From positions 13,174-77,173 of the forward strand of contig JAHJDG010000101.1 in NCBI GenBank assembly GCA_018812265.1: a stretch of DNA of 64,000 nucleotides. The letters run 5' to 3'. This DNA comes from a bacterium. GTDB lineage: Bacteria; Electryoneota; RPQS01. The notes beneath the pieces are model-generated. The model was not told where the DNA came from. It did no database searches and saw only the letters and a list, made by a program, of their open reading frames with translations. Shown here piece after piece: positions 1-9,836 of the stretch. Position 1 is the stretch's first letter. Each line of letters starts with the position of its first letter. Position numbers and translations under genes: made by a program.

Positions 1-275
1 TCGGGTGGCGCAGCTTGTGATCGCTCCGGTCTGCCGTTGTGTGTGGAGCGAAGTGGAGTACTTGCCGCCCAGCGCTCGCGGGTCCGGAGGGTTCGGCAGC
101 ACGGGCTATCTATAGCCTCGCCGAGTCGGGTTAAGCGCTCAACCTTTTCCCGGTGGTAACTCTCCAGAGTCACCCCTTTTCACCGCGCGCAACCCGGCCG
201 GAACTAAGCGTCGCCGCACTTGCGGTAAGAGTGAATTCTCAGTATATTCTCGCAGACGAACGAGTGTCACGGTTC

Positions 276-620
276 ATGGAGGCTGACGGCAAACGCGGCG
301 GACCCGCAATCCGAAAACTCTACTATTCCATCGGCGAAGTCTCTCAGATCACCGAGCTTCCGGCGCATGTGCTTCGCTACTGGGAGACCGAGTTCCCGCA
401 GCTAAGTCCCAAGAAGGGTCGCTCCGGCAACCGTATGTACCAGCCTCGGGATCTGGAGCTGGTCGAACAGATCAAGTCTCTCCTCTACGAGCGGAAGTTC
501 ACCATTGCCGGAGCCAGAGCGGAGCTAAGGAAGAGGAATCCCGATGAGGGGGAGCAGAAGGGAGTCGTTGAGGACATCCGGCGAGGCCTGAAAGAGATAC
601 TCGACATATTGGACGATAAA

Positions 621-644
<24 letters not shown>
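276..644 (+). CDS. MerR-family HTH transcriptional regulator (start uncertain; ORF track 153..644)
   Basis: Motif YSIGEVSQITELPAHVLRYWETEF is typical of a MerR-type HTH. An internal ATG at 276 gives ~122 aa. The 3' end overlaps tRNA-Pro by 24 nt. Confidence 0.6.
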
Positions 645-696
<52 letters not shown>

Positions 697-778
697 TATG
701 TAGGAACAGCGGTTTAGGCCGGGATTCCTACTGCGATTGAAGAGTGGGGAACGTATCTTGCAGAAATGAATAAGTTCC

Positions 779-807
779 TTGACTTTTTATGGCCTTCGTT
801 CTATATT
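779..807 (+). promoter_or_regulatory. sigma70-like promoter upstream of pcm (TTGACT, 17 nt spacer, TATATT)
   Basis: Near-consensus -35 and -10 hexamers with 17-nt spacing, about 95 nt upstream of the likely pcm start. Confidence 0.4.
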
Positions 808-901
808 GTGAGTCGGCCAGAAGATGGATGCTCGCGGCGACGACCGGTCGCTCTGCGGCGGGAGACTTTCCGTGTTGAATTACAGACTGTCGCGCGAGGA
901 A

Positions 902-1528
902 ATGGTGCTCACCCAGCTCGAGCGGCGGGGGATCCGCGATCCGCGAGTCCTTGAGGCCATGCGGAAGGTCAAGCGGCATCACTTCGTCGAACCGGCCTTT
1001 CGCGATCGTTCCTACGACGATACGCCGCTTCCCATCGAAGAAGGGCAGACCATCAGTCAGCCCTATGTGGTGGCGCGGATGACCAGTCTCTTGCGCATTC
1101 AGCCGACCGAGAAAGTGTTGGAAGTGGGGACGGGTTCCGGTTATCAGGCGGCCGTGCTGGCCGAGCTTGCGCACAAAGTCTATTCCATCGAGCGCCATAT
1201 GGTGCTCATGCAGAAGGCCCGCAAGAATCTCGAAGAGCAAGGCTATCGCAACGTCGTTCTCAAGCACGGCGACGGCACCATCGGCTGGGCCGAATTCGCA
1301 CCTTTCGACAAGATCATCATTACGGCGGCCAGTCCGGGATTCCCGAAAACGTTGTTCGGCCAGATCAAAGACGGCGGCCTGATGGTGTTTCCGATGGGGG
1401 AGAAGCGGACTCAGAATTTGATTTTGGTGGAGCGAAAAGGAGACGAAGCGGAAACCACCGATGCCGGAGCGGTATCTTTCGTACCGCTGATCGGAAGGGA
1501 AGGGTGGTCGGGAAGTTCCTACGATTGA
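902..1528 (+). CDS. pcm: protein-L-isoaspartate O-methyltransferase
   Basis: Translation carries the SAM-binding block [16 protein letters not shown] and the typical ~209 aa Pcm length from internal Met 902 (ORF track start 824). Confidence 0.85.
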   Translation: MVLTQLERRGIRDPRVLEAMRKVKRHHFVEPAFRDRSYDDTPLPIEEGQTISQPYVVARMTSLLRIQPTEKVLEVGTGSGYQAAVLAELAHKVYSIERHMVLMQKARKNLEEQGYRNVVLKHGDGTIGWAEFAPFDKIIITAASPGFPKTLFGQIKDGGLMVFPMGEKRTQNLILVERKGDEAETTDAGAVSFVPLIGREGWSGSSYD

Positions 1529-1537
1529 CACTCGATT

Positions 1538-1614
<77 letters not shown>

Positions 1615-1678
1615 CAATGCTCAGCCGCCCTCCGGGGCGGCTGTTTCTCTCGAATAACTCAGACAAGGCAGTCCCTCT

Positions 1679-2341
1679 GTGCCAAGCATCTCCACGGTGA
1701 AGGATACGGCTGCGGCCGGGAAACGCAATCCCCTGCGCCGGCTCTATGATTGGGTGATCCGCTGGGCGGGACATCCCCACGCCATCACGGCGCTTTTTCT
1801 TCTGGCGCTGGCTGAGGCGTCTTTCTTTCCCGTCCCGCCGGACGTATTGCTCATTACCATGTGTATCGCCGCCTGCCGGCGATGGATTTGGTTCGCTACC
1901 GTGTGCACGATTGGATCCACCGTCGGCGGAATTTTAGGCTACGGAATCGGATATGCTTTCCGTGATTCGTTGGGCTGGTGGCTGCTGATATGGATCGCTC
2001 AACTGACGGGCGGGAATGCGGCCGAAATTCAGGCACTGGCTCACGGCTACTATCAGCAATATGGTGCCTGGGCGGTGGGAATCGCCGGTTTCACACCGAT
2101 ACCGTATAAGGTGTTTACGATCACGGCGGGGTGGTTCGAGATGAATTTTCCGACGTTCGCGATTGTGTCGTGTCTCAGCCGGGGAATGCGTTTCTTTCTC
2201 GTGGCCGGATTGATCGGGATCACCTACGAGAAATATGGCGACCGCATCACGAAGTTCATTGACAAGCAATTCAACTGGCTTACCATTCTCTTCGTGATCC
2301 TACTGGTGGGCGGATTTCTGGTCTTGAAAGTGTTGCGATAA
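1679..2341 (+). CDS. DedA/YqaA-family membrane protein
   Basis: Polytopic membrane protein with the [11 protein letters not shown] motif characteristic of the YqaA/DedA (SNARE-associated) family. Confidence 0.7.
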   Translation: MPSISTVKDTAAAGKRNPLRRLYDWVIRWAGHPHAITALFLLALAEASFFPVPPDVLLITMCIAACRRWIWFATVCTIGSTVGGILGYGIGYAFRDSLGWWLLIWIAQLTGGNAAEIQALAHGYYQQYGAWAVGIAGFTPIPYKVFTITAGWFEMNFPTFAIVSCLSRGMRFFLVAGLIGITYEKYGDRITKFIDKQFNWLTILFVILLVGGFLVLKVLR

Positions 2342-2356
2342 TCAAAAGGAACACTC

Positions 2357-3148
2357 ATGTCTCTCACACTGCATACCGTTGACGCGTTTACAAGCGAGCC
2401 GTTTTCCGGGAATCCGGCGGGGGTGTGTATTGTCGAGAAGCCATTGCCCGACGATCTCATGCAGAAAATCGCGGCGGAGATGAATCTTTCCGAGACCGCG
2501 TTTCTCGCTTGCGAAAAGGACGGATACCATCTGCGCTGGTTCACGCCGACTGTGGAAGTTAAGCTCTGCGGACACGCGACGCTGGCTTCGGCGCACATAC
2601 TCTTCGAATCGAAACGACTCAAACCGGATGAGACCGCGCGGTTTCACACTCTCTCGGGGATACTCACGGCTCGTAGTGTCGGGGGCAAGATCGAACTGGA
2701 CTTTCCCGCCTCGGCAGTTCGACCCGCTACTTGTCCGCCCGAAGCGATTCCTTTGATGGGAGCAACGCCGTTGTCCTATCATACCAACGAGTACTGGCAG
2801 CTGGCCGAGCTGGATTCGGAAGCGACGGTGAGGAACCTGAAGCCTAATATTCGATCGTTGTATGCGTTCGGACTCGGTCACTTGATTGTCACGGCGAAGG
2901 CGACAACGCCCGGGCTGGACATTGTCTCGCGGGTCTTTGTTCCGGAGGTGGGGATTGACGAGGATCCGGTGACGGGTTCGGCGCACTGCGTGTTAGCTCC
3001 GTACTGGTCGGGCAAGTTGGGGAAGACGGTGTTGGCGGCCTATCAGGCCTCGCGGCGGGGTGGCAGGCTGGAGATCGAACATCGGGGGGAACGGGTACTG
3101 CTGAGGGGACAGGCGGTGACGGTGATGCGGGCGGAACTCAGGATTTGA
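2357..3148 (+). CDS. PhzF-family phenazine biosynthesis-like isomerase
   Basis: 263 aa, N-terminal VDAFTSEPFSGNPAGV and ETAF motifs of the PhzF/DAP-epimerase-like fold. Confidence 0.8.
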   Translation: MSLTLHTVDAFTSEPFSGNPAGVCIVEKPLPDDLMQKIAAEMNLSETAFLACEKDGYHLRWFTPTVEVKLCGHATLASAHILFESKRLKPDETARFHTLSGILTARSVGGKIELDFPASAVRPATCPPEAIPLMGATPLSYHTNEYWQLAELDSEATVRNLKPNIRSLYAFGLGHLIVTAKATTPGLDIVSRVFVPEVGIDEDPVTGSAHCVLAPYWSGKLGKTVLAAYQASRRGGRLEIEHRGERVLLRGQAVTVMRAELRI

Positions 3149-3512
3149 TTGGGATGGATTTTCAAGAACTTAGCGGGAAGGGGTGCCGAAATTCGGGGGG
3201 ATAGAATATTTTTTTACCAAACGAACTGCGTTACTCCGTGTTTTTTATTGCAGATACGGAGGAAGCGGATCCGAAAAAGTGGTAAACACTGGTAGATCAT
3301 TGTGTTGTGTAATGGGAACCGATTGGCACTTCATGGGTGCAATATACAACATTATTGGGTGAAAGTCAAGTGGTTTGTTGGGTATGTGGCATTGAGAATT
3401 AGGGAGATGAGTTTGGCGGGAGAGGACAGTGGAGGGGAGTTCTCCGATTGGGTGCATGCGGGACGCAGGAGCATCCCGCCTAGTGAATCTAATATTTTTC
3501 TGATCCAGGAGG

Positions 3513-3532
3513 GGCGAATCTGGAGATTCGCC
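3513..3532. repeat. perfect 8-bp stem hairpin GGCGAATC-tgga-GATTCGCC in the island leader
   Basis: Seen directly in the sequence. No flanking T-run, so it is not a clear terminator. Confidence 0.4.
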
Positions 3533-3565
3533 GCCGCGGGTAGTCTGGTTGAAGTGACTGAATCT

Positions 3566-3584
3566 TGATATTGACACAATATCA
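3566..3584 (+). promoter_or_regulatory. palindromic operator-like site TGATATTGacaCAATATCA containing a TTGACA -35 hexamer, upstream of the GmrSD-like gene
   Basis: Perfect 8-bp inverted repeat 37 nt upstream of the ATG. A GAGGAG Shine-Dalgarno lies at 3608-3613. Confidence 0.35.
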
Positions 3585-3620
3585 GGAATCGCCGGAGTTA
3601 AACCTTCGAGGAGTATCAAA

Positions 3621-5207
3621 ATGCCCACTTCTGAAACTCAAGTAGCCTCGGTTAAGATCGATAGGCTTGTTGGCAGAATCAAAGATGGAGACATAAAGAT
3701 TCCGGCCTTTCAGAGAGGCTTTGTTTGGGATCAGGAACAGATTATCGCGCTTCTCGATAGCATCTATAACAACTATCCAGTCGGTTCATTGCTATTGTGG
3801 AGATCAAGTGAGCGTCTGAAGTCAACCAGAAATGTAGCTGGACTCAAGCTGCCTGATCGCGAACCAGAGTATCCAGTGAACTATGTATTAGACGGACAAC
3901 AGCGTCTTTCCTCCATCTATGGTGTATTTAGTACGGACCGCGAGTTTGCCGAATATCTTGGCGCGTACGCTGTAGATGCAAGGGTATTTGACATCGGCTT
4001 TGATCTTGTCAATCTTGAGTTTCTACCACTGTCCAATGCTGCCGATCCACAAAGAATGATTCCACTGAAGAGTCTTTTCAATCCGTCCGAGTTTCTGGTC
4101 ATTCTCGGCAGGCTAAGTCTAGAAGAACAGAAGCTTGCAACTGAACTACACACACATTTCAACAACTACGAGTTTCCAACAGTTACGGTAACGCATCGCG
4201 ATAAACGAGAGGTTGGCACTATCTTCGAGAGAATAAATTCAACCGGTACGAAACTAACCACCCTCGATCTCATGGTGGCGTGGACATGGAGCGAGGATTT
4301 TCATCTACAGGAACAGATAAATCAGCTTCTAGATACTCTGGATGAAAAACGATTTGGAGACTTGCCCGAAAAGACGCTGCTTCAGTCACTGAGTGGAATG
4401 ATTGTCAAATCCACTAAGACGAGATCAATCCTCGGATTGTCGCCAGATGATGTGAGGGGGACTTTTGAATCGATGACGGATGCAATGGAGCGGACAATTG
4501 ATTTCTTGGGGACGGAGTTTTCCGTCGCGTCTAGAGAACTACTGCCGTTTCCACAGCAGATTGTCGGACTAACATATTTCTTCAGCAAAGTAACAAATCC
4601 TACGGCTTCTCAATTGAAGCTCGTTCGCCAGTGGTTCTGGAAAACGACGTTTTCTTATCGTTACTCCGCTCAAACAGATGAGAAAATGGATGCCGACATA
4701 GAATTCTTTGATGGCATGATTGATGGATCGATTGACATTTCCAGTGACTATAAGTATGATATCGCTTTTTCTGATATCATTTTCACTGGTCTGAGCAAAT
4801 CGAATCCGATAGCCCGGGCATGTCTTCTGCTTATGGCACAAAGACAACCTCGTGATCTAACCAACGGTGCCGCAATAGATGTCGGGCAAGCACTCTCTAG
4901 CTACAATCGCAAGGAGTACCATCATATTTTTCCTAAAGCCTTTCTAAGGAAAAGGGGGATTGCAGCCAGCCGTATTAATTCAATGGCCAATATATGTTTC
5001 TTAGCTTCTTCTTCGAATAAGAAGATATCCAGTAAGCCACCGTCCGATTATATCTCCTCGGTTGTTCCGCAGGATGAAAAGAAGGAGATACTCGAATCCA
5101 ATCTGATGCCACTAAAGAACGAAGTCTATTCCAAGGATGACTATGACCAATTCCTCGAAGAGCGAGCACGAATCATGATCGCATATTTGGACAGTCTTCT
5201 ACTTTAG
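3621..5207 (+). CDS. GmrSD-family type IV (modification-dependent) restriction endonuclease, DUF262 + DUF1524
   Basis: N-terminal DUF262/ParB-like block (FQRGFVWDQEQI...YPVGSLLLW, DGQQR motif). C-terminal DUF1524 His-Me finger motif (EYHHIFPK). Gene and leader are markedly lower in GC than the flanks. Confidence 0.75.
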   Translation: MPTSETQVASVKIDRLVGRIKDGDIKIPAFQRGFVWDQEQIIALLDSIYNNYPVGSLLLWRSSERLKSTRNVAGLKLPDREPEYPVNYVLDGQQRLSSIYGVFSTDREFAEYLGAYAVDARVFDIGFDLVNLEFLPLSNAADPQRMIPLKSLFNPSEFLVILGRLSLEEQKLATELHTHFNNYEFPTVTVTHRDKREVGTIFERINSTGTKLTTLDLMVAWTWSEDFHLQEQINQLLDTLDEKRFGDLPEKTLLQSLSGMIVKSTKTRSILGLSPDDVRGTFESMTDAMERTIDFLGTEFSVASRELLPFPQQIVGLTYFFSKVTNPTASQLKLVRQWFWKTTFSYRYSAQTDEKMDADIEFFDGMIDGSIDISSDYKYDIAFSDIIFTGLSKSNPIARACLLLMAQRQPRDLTNGAAIDVGQALSSYNRKEYHHIFPKAFLRKRGIAASRINSMANICFLASSSNKKISSKPPSDYISSVVPQDEKKEILESNLMPLKNEVYSKDDYDQFLEERARIMIAYLDSLLL

Positions 5208-5307
5208 ACTGAATCACCACAGCCGTAAGGTCGATGGCGCAAGTTCTCCTCGATAAAGTCTGAAAATAGATAGACAACCACGTAGGGTTGTCCCTACAGA
5301 AACTCTG

Positions 5308-8082
5308 ATGAACGAGACGAAACACATTTCCGAAAGAGCGTATCCTCACGCCGAGATCGAGGTCAAGTGGCAGAGGATCTGGGAAGAGCGGGGGACGTAC
5401 AAGTTCCATTGGACACCCCCCCTGACCCACCCGCAAGCGGAGGGGAAGAATAGGCCGAAGTTCTACGTGCTGACCATGTTCAGCTATCCGTCGGGAGACA
5501 AGCTGCACATGGGACACTGGTACTGCTACGCTCCGGCCGACACGTTCGCGCGGTTCAAGCGGATGCAGGGTCACGAGGTGTTCGAGCCGATGGGCTTCGA
5601 CGCGTTCGGTCTGCCCGCCGAAAACTACGCGATCAAGACGGGAATCCACCCGCGCATCTCGACCGAGAAAAACGTCGCATTCATGCGCGAACAACTGAAA
5701 CGCATCGGAGCGATGTACGACTGGGACTACGAAGTTAATACGTCCTCGCCCGAATACTACAAGTGGACGCAGTGGTGGTTCCTGCTGATGTATAAGCGCG
5801 GCCTGGCCTACCGCAAGGAAGCGCTGGTCAACTGGTGCCCGGACTGCCAGACCGTGCTGGCCAACGAGCAGGTCAAGGCCGACAACACCTGCGAACGCTG
5901 CGGAAACGAAGTCGCGCGCAAGTCGCTCCGGCAATGGTTCTTCCGCATCACCGAGTACAGCCAGCGGCTTCTGGACGGCCTCGAGACGATCAACTGGCCG
6001 GAAAAAACCAAGGCCATGCAGCGGTATTGGATCGGGAAGTCGGAGGGGACGGAGATTGAGTTCAAAATCCGAAAATCCGAAAATCCGAAAATCGAAAATG
6101 AAGGAAGACCTAATGATGGGGAGGGGATCAGGGTCTTTACGACGCGGGCGGATACGCTGTTCGGGGTGACGTATGTGGTACTCGCGCCTGAGCATTCGCT
6201 GGTACATGAGGTGACGACGGAGGATCGGAAGGCGGAAGTCGAGGGCTATGTGGCGCGGGCTTTGGCGGTCTCGGACGTCGAGCGGGCGGCGGCGGACCGG
6301 CCTAAGACGGGAGTGTTCACGGGCGGTTATTGTGAGCATCCGCTGACACACGAAAAACTTCCGATTTGGGTGGCCGACTATGTGATCGGAACCTACGGAA
6401 CGGGAGCGGTGATGGCCGTGCCTGCCCACGACGAAAGAGATTTCGATTTTGCGAAGAAGTACGGGCTGGAGATACGGGAAGTGATTCGACCGACCCCCCC
6501 CAGCCCCCCCGCAAGCGGAGGGGGATCGGAAAGGCATACCCCCCCCTATGATGGAAGCGCACTGCCGTGCGGCACTACCCCCGTAAACGGAGGGGAATCG
6601 GAAAGGCATACCACCCCCTATGATGGAAGCGCACTGCCGTGCGGCACTACCCCCGTAAACGGAGGGGAATCGGAAAGACATACCCCCCCCTATGATGGAA
6701 GCGCACTGCCGTGCGGCACTACCCCCGCAAGCGGAGGGGAACTCGAAGAAGCATTTACGGATTATGGGGTGATGGTCGGATCAGAGGAATTCGATGGGCT
6801 GGAGTCAGAGGAAGGGATTCGAAGAGTGGGGGAGAGGCTCGAGCAGCTCGGGCTTGGGAAGCCGACGGTGCAATGGCACCTGCGAGATTGGACGGTATCG
6901 CGGCAGAGATACTGGGGTGCACCGATTCCGGTGATCCACTGCCCGAAGTGCGGGATCGTGCCGGTTCGCAAGGAAGAGCTGCCGGTGCTGCTGCCGGATG
7001 ACATTGAAGAGTTCAGGCCCAAGGGGAAAGCTCCCCTCGAAGCGGCCGAATCGTTCGTGAACGCGAAGTGTCCGAAGTGCGGCGGGGCCGGCAAGCGGGA
7101 TACGGATACGCTGGACACATTTGTTTGTTCCTCATGGTATTTCATGCGATATCCCGACGCACGGCTGGATAGCGCACCGTTCGACACCCAACACTTGAAC
7201 TTCATGTTGCCGATTGAGCAGTACGTCGGCGGCAGCGAACACGCGATGGGACACTTGCTGTACGCGAGGTTCTTTGCCAAAGTCGCCCACGATGCGGGAT
7301 ACCTCAAGTGCGAAGAGCCATTCACGAGGCTGGTTCATCAGGGGATGATCCTCAACCACGGCGAACGCATGTCCAAGTCCAAGGGCAACGTCGTCGCGCC
7401 CGAGCCGATCATCGAGGAATACGGCAGCGACGTGCTGCGCTGCTTCCTGATGTTCATGGGGGATTATCAGCAAGGCGGCGAATGGAGCGACAAGGGGATT
7501 GCCGGTGTGGAACGCTTTGTGGCGCGGGTTTGGAGACTCGTGTCGGCCATTGGTAATGGACATCCCGCGAGTGTGACCGAGCTTCCGATTGAACTCGACC
7601 GGAAGCTGCATCAGACCATTCTTGCGGTCGGCAACAGCTTGGAGAATTTCGATTTCCACGGCGGGTTGGCGCGGCTGATGGAGCTCACGAATCAGATATA
7701 TGCGTGGGTTGGCTCAGAACTTAAAGATGTCAAGAGAAGCCCGGCCGCAATCTTGGTGGCAGAGACGCTTCTTCGGCTGTTAGCACCGTTTGCACCGCAT
7801 ATTTCAGAAGAGTTGTGGCAATCTCTGGGGCATACGACAACAATCTTCGACGCTCCGTGGCCGGTTCATGATGAGGAGAAGGCACGTGAAGATCGAGTGA
7901 CGATTGCCGTTCAGATCAACGGGAAGCTGCGGGGGACGGTGGAGGTGGATATGGACGCGGAGGAGTCGGCCGTTCTCGAGGTTGTGTTTGGGCTTGATCG
8001 CTTGAAGCCTTACCTTGATGGCAAGATGGTGGTCAAGCGGATCGTGGTGCCGAACAAGATCGTGAATCTGGTGGTGAAGTAG
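5308..8082 (+). CDS. leuS: leucyl-tRNA synthetase (924 aa, with in-frame low-complexity insertions)
   Basis: HMGH and KMSKS motifs (HMGHWYCY, KMSKSKGN) and class I LeuS architecture. About 80 aa longer than typical because of repeats. Confidence 0.95.
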   Translation: MNETKHISERAYPHAEIEVKWQRIWEERGTYKFHWTPPLTHPQAEGKNRPKFYVLTMFSYPSGDKLHMGHWYCYAPADTFARFKRMQGHEVFEPMGFDAFGLPAENYAIKTGIHPRISTEKNVAFMREQLKRIGAMYDWDYEVNTSSPEYYKWTQWWFLLMYKRGLAYRKEALVNWCPDCQTVLANEQVKADNTCERCGNEVARKSLRQWFFRITEYSQRLLDGLETINWPEKTKAMQRYWIGKSEGTEIEFKIRKSENPKIENEGRPNDGEGIRVFTTRADTLFGVTYVVLAPEHSLVHEVTTEDRKAEVEGYVARALAVSDVERAAADRPKTGVFTGGYCEHPLTHEKLPIWVADYVIGTYGTGAVMAVPAHDERDFDFAKKYGLEIREVIRPTPPSPPASGGGSERHTPPYDGSALPCGTTPVNGGESERHTTPYDGSALPCGTTPVNGGESERHTPPYDGSALPCGTTPASGGELEEAFTDYGVMVGSEEFDGLESEEGIRRVGERLEQLGLGKPTVQWHLRDWTVSRQRYWGAPIPVIHCPKCGIVPVRKEELPVLLPDDIEEFRPKGKAPLEAAESFVNAKCPKCGGAGKRDTDTLDTFVCSSWYFMRYPDARLDSAPFDTQHLNFMLPIEQYVGGSEHAMGHLLYARFFAKVAHDAGYLKCEEPFTRLVHQGMILNHGERMSKSKGNVVAPEPIIEEYGSDVLRCFLMFMGDYQQGGEWSDKGIAGVERFVARVWRLVSAIGNGHPASVTELPIELDRKLHQTILAVGNSLENFDFHGGLARLMELTNQIYAWVGSELKDVKRSPAAILVAETLLRLLAPFAPHISEELWQSLGHTTTIFDAPWPVHDEEKAREDRVTIAVQINGKLRGTVEVDMDAEESAVLEVVFGLDRLKPYLDGKMVVKRIVVPNKIVNLVVK
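6064..6100 (+). repeat. octanucleotide microsatellite (AAAATCCG)x3 plus degenerate copies inside leuS
   Basis: Direct reading. Translated in-frame as KIRKSENPKIENE. Confidence 0.8.
6505..6741 (+). repeat. 72-bp tandem repeat, ~3.3 copies, in-frame inside leuS (24-aa unit GGESERHTPPYDGSALPCGTTPVN)
   Basis: Units at 6517-6588, 6589-6660 and 6661-6732, nearly identical, each flanked by CCCCGCAAGCGGAGGGGA. The same 17-nt motif also occurs at 5428-5446 within leuS. Confidence 0.85.
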
Positions 8083-8085
8083 AGG

Positions 8086-8113
8086 ACCCTGCGAGTAGAA
8101 TCGCAGGGTTTTC
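8086..8113 (+). terminator. rho-independent terminator after leuS
   Basis: Stem ACCCTGCGA / TCGCAGGGT with 6-nt loop, followed by TTTT. Confidence 0.6.
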
Positions 8114-8223
8114 ACCCTTCACGCAAAGTCACATAAGGGATATTATGTTGAGTAGTTGCATGGCCATTCCTTTGTTTTTATTCAATCCCCCATTCCCCCA
8201 TTAGCCTCGAGCCCTTTCGAGGC

Positions 8224-9090
8224 CTATCGGGGCATTTGCTCAACGGGGATCATGTGGACCTGCAGGCGATAGGCTTTTCCGGGGACCAGGCTGACCACGT
8301 CTGTATATGGTAGATAGCCGCGCTGGCTGATGCGAAGATTCACTCCCCCGCCGGGTAGGAGCGCATATTGGCAGGATTGGGACTTTTGTTGTTCGGCGGG
8401 GATGTCCATACGATCTATCCGTTCGCAGCGGAGGAATTCGACCGGCGGATCGGCGGTGATTTCGGGCGCGGGCGTGTCCACCCAGACTACCAGACGGGCT
8501 ACATTGGGCGGCGTGTCCCCGGCCGGATCGTAGGCCGCGACATCGCCCTCCGGGAACAGCACGCCTTTCGAGGTGGGCCGAAGCTTTCCGGCGGCCGTGA
8601 GGATGGCAACAAGCTGATCGGAAATCTGCATGGCGGCTGAGGGAAGGTCGTTCCAGAGACTGACGGTTGCGGTGGCTGTGTAGCCGGGCGGGACCTCGGC
8701 GGAAGCGGCCACGACGACCCGGGCATCCACCCGGATTTCCCGGGTGAATTCTCCGTAAGTACCTATTACGGCATAATCTGCGTTGAGTTTGGTGGCGATT
8801 TCGGCGGCCAGTTTGAGATCATTCCAGCGGGCGGGCGGAACCTCTCGCAATTTCATGTATTGATCGAGGTCGGACAGTTCAACCACCCGCAATTCGGGCC
8901 TTTTCCCAAGCTCAGATAACAGAATCTGTTGCAGAGCCGGTTGATAGTCGAGGACCGATTCCTTGCCGTAGTAGGCATACAAGGAGTCCACGATAGGATC
9001 GAAGGGCAAGACGACTACAGTCGGCTCGCAGACGGCGGTCGTGGCCGCAGCCAAAAGCCATATCAGGGCAGTGACAAGACGGCGTTTCAT
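8224..9090 (-). CDS. secreted hypothetical protein with C-terminal PEGA-like domain
   Basis: N-terminal signal peptide (LIWLLAAATTAVC). C-terminal segment resembles the PEGA fold. No catalytic motif recognised. Confidence 0.5.
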   Translation of the reverse strand: MKRRLVTALIWLLAAATTAVCEPTVVVLPFDPIVDSLYAYYGKESVLDYQPALQQILLSELGKRPELRVVELSDLDQYMKLREVPPARWNDLKLAAEIATKLNADYAVIGTYGEFTREIRVDARVVVAASAEVPPGYTATATVSLWNDLPSAAMQISDQLVAILTAAGKLRPTSKGVLFPEGDVAAYDPAGDTPPNVARLVVWVDTPAPEITADPPVEFLRCERIDRMDIPAEQQKSQSCQYALLPGGGVNLRISQRGYLPYTDVVSLVPGKAYRLQVHMIPVEQMPR

Positions 9091-9442
9091 ATCCCCTCTC
9101 CTTTGGATAGGATTTCGAGTCTTTGTTCATAAAGCTACCAAGAGACATGTTGAGAGTCAACTGCCTTGGCCGACCGGAAAATACAGACCAACACGCGGGA
9201 GCGTGTTGGCTAGGATGTATTTAGGTACTCCGGCCCCGATTTCGGCAGGGACACAGTCCCTGCTCGGCGGCTATGAAGAGTTTGAGCTGATGAGTATTGC
9301 ATCGTTTTATCAAAAACCATATATTGCGTTCTGTCCGGACAAACATATCCTGTCAGACGTATCCGTCCCAATGCCCGTTGGGATTTCGTTCTGATCTCGC
9401 CAGTTGCTGCAACGCTTGGTTTATCCCACTTTTCCTACCCAC

Positions 9443-9835
9443 ATGAACTTCGGACCTATCCTGATTTTCTTCATCGCCGGCGCGGCAGTAGTGGTTGCGG
9501 CGTTGTTTTTCAGCCATTTGCTGGCTCCCTATCGTCCCAACCAGGTCAAGCTCTCGACCTATGAATGCGGCGAGGAACCGGTAGGCTCGCCGTGGATTCG
9601 ATTCAATACGAGATTCTATGTTATCGCACTGATATTTTTGGTGTTCGACGTCGAAGTGCTGTTTCTGTTTCCGTGGGCGGTGAACCTTCGGCAGATGGGT
9701 CTGTTTGCCTGGATTGATATGGCGATCTTTATCGCAATATTGGCCGTCGGATTGGCCTACGTGTGGGGCCGAGGCGATCTGGATTGGGTACGCCCGAAAG
9801 ACTCATCCTTGGGTCCAGAGGCAACGAGGAGGTAG
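9443..9835 (+). CDS. nuoA: NADH-quinone oxidoreductase subunit A
   Basis: Three TM helices with the conserved ECGEEP motif. Start taken as [10 protein letters not shown]. Confidence 0.85.
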   Translation: MNFGPILIFFIAGAAVVVAALFFSHLLAPYRPNQVKLSTYECGEEPVGSPWIRFNTRFYVIALIFLVFDVEVLFLFPWAVNLRQMGLFAWIDMAIFIAILAVGLAYVWGRGDLDWVRPKDSSLGPEATRR

Positions 9836-9836
9836 C

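Noticed and set aside
3245-3628. Small ORFs (88-127 aa) in the AT-rich leader upstream of the GmrSD-like gene
   Set aside because: No RBS and odd composition. More likely non-coding leader or promoter sequence, though a small regulator or antitoxin cannot be excluded from sequence alone.
5173-6681. 502-aa ORF on the minus strand opposite leuS with an internal repeated peptide
   Set aside because: It is the antisense shadow of leuS. Its repeats are simply the reverse complement of the in-frame 72-bp leuS repeats, and it has no independent coding signal.
9041-9394. 117-aa plus-strand ORF upstream of nuoA
   Set aside because: It lies in the presumptive nuo promoter/leader region and overlaps the end of the 8224-9090 gene on the other strand. 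No motifs.
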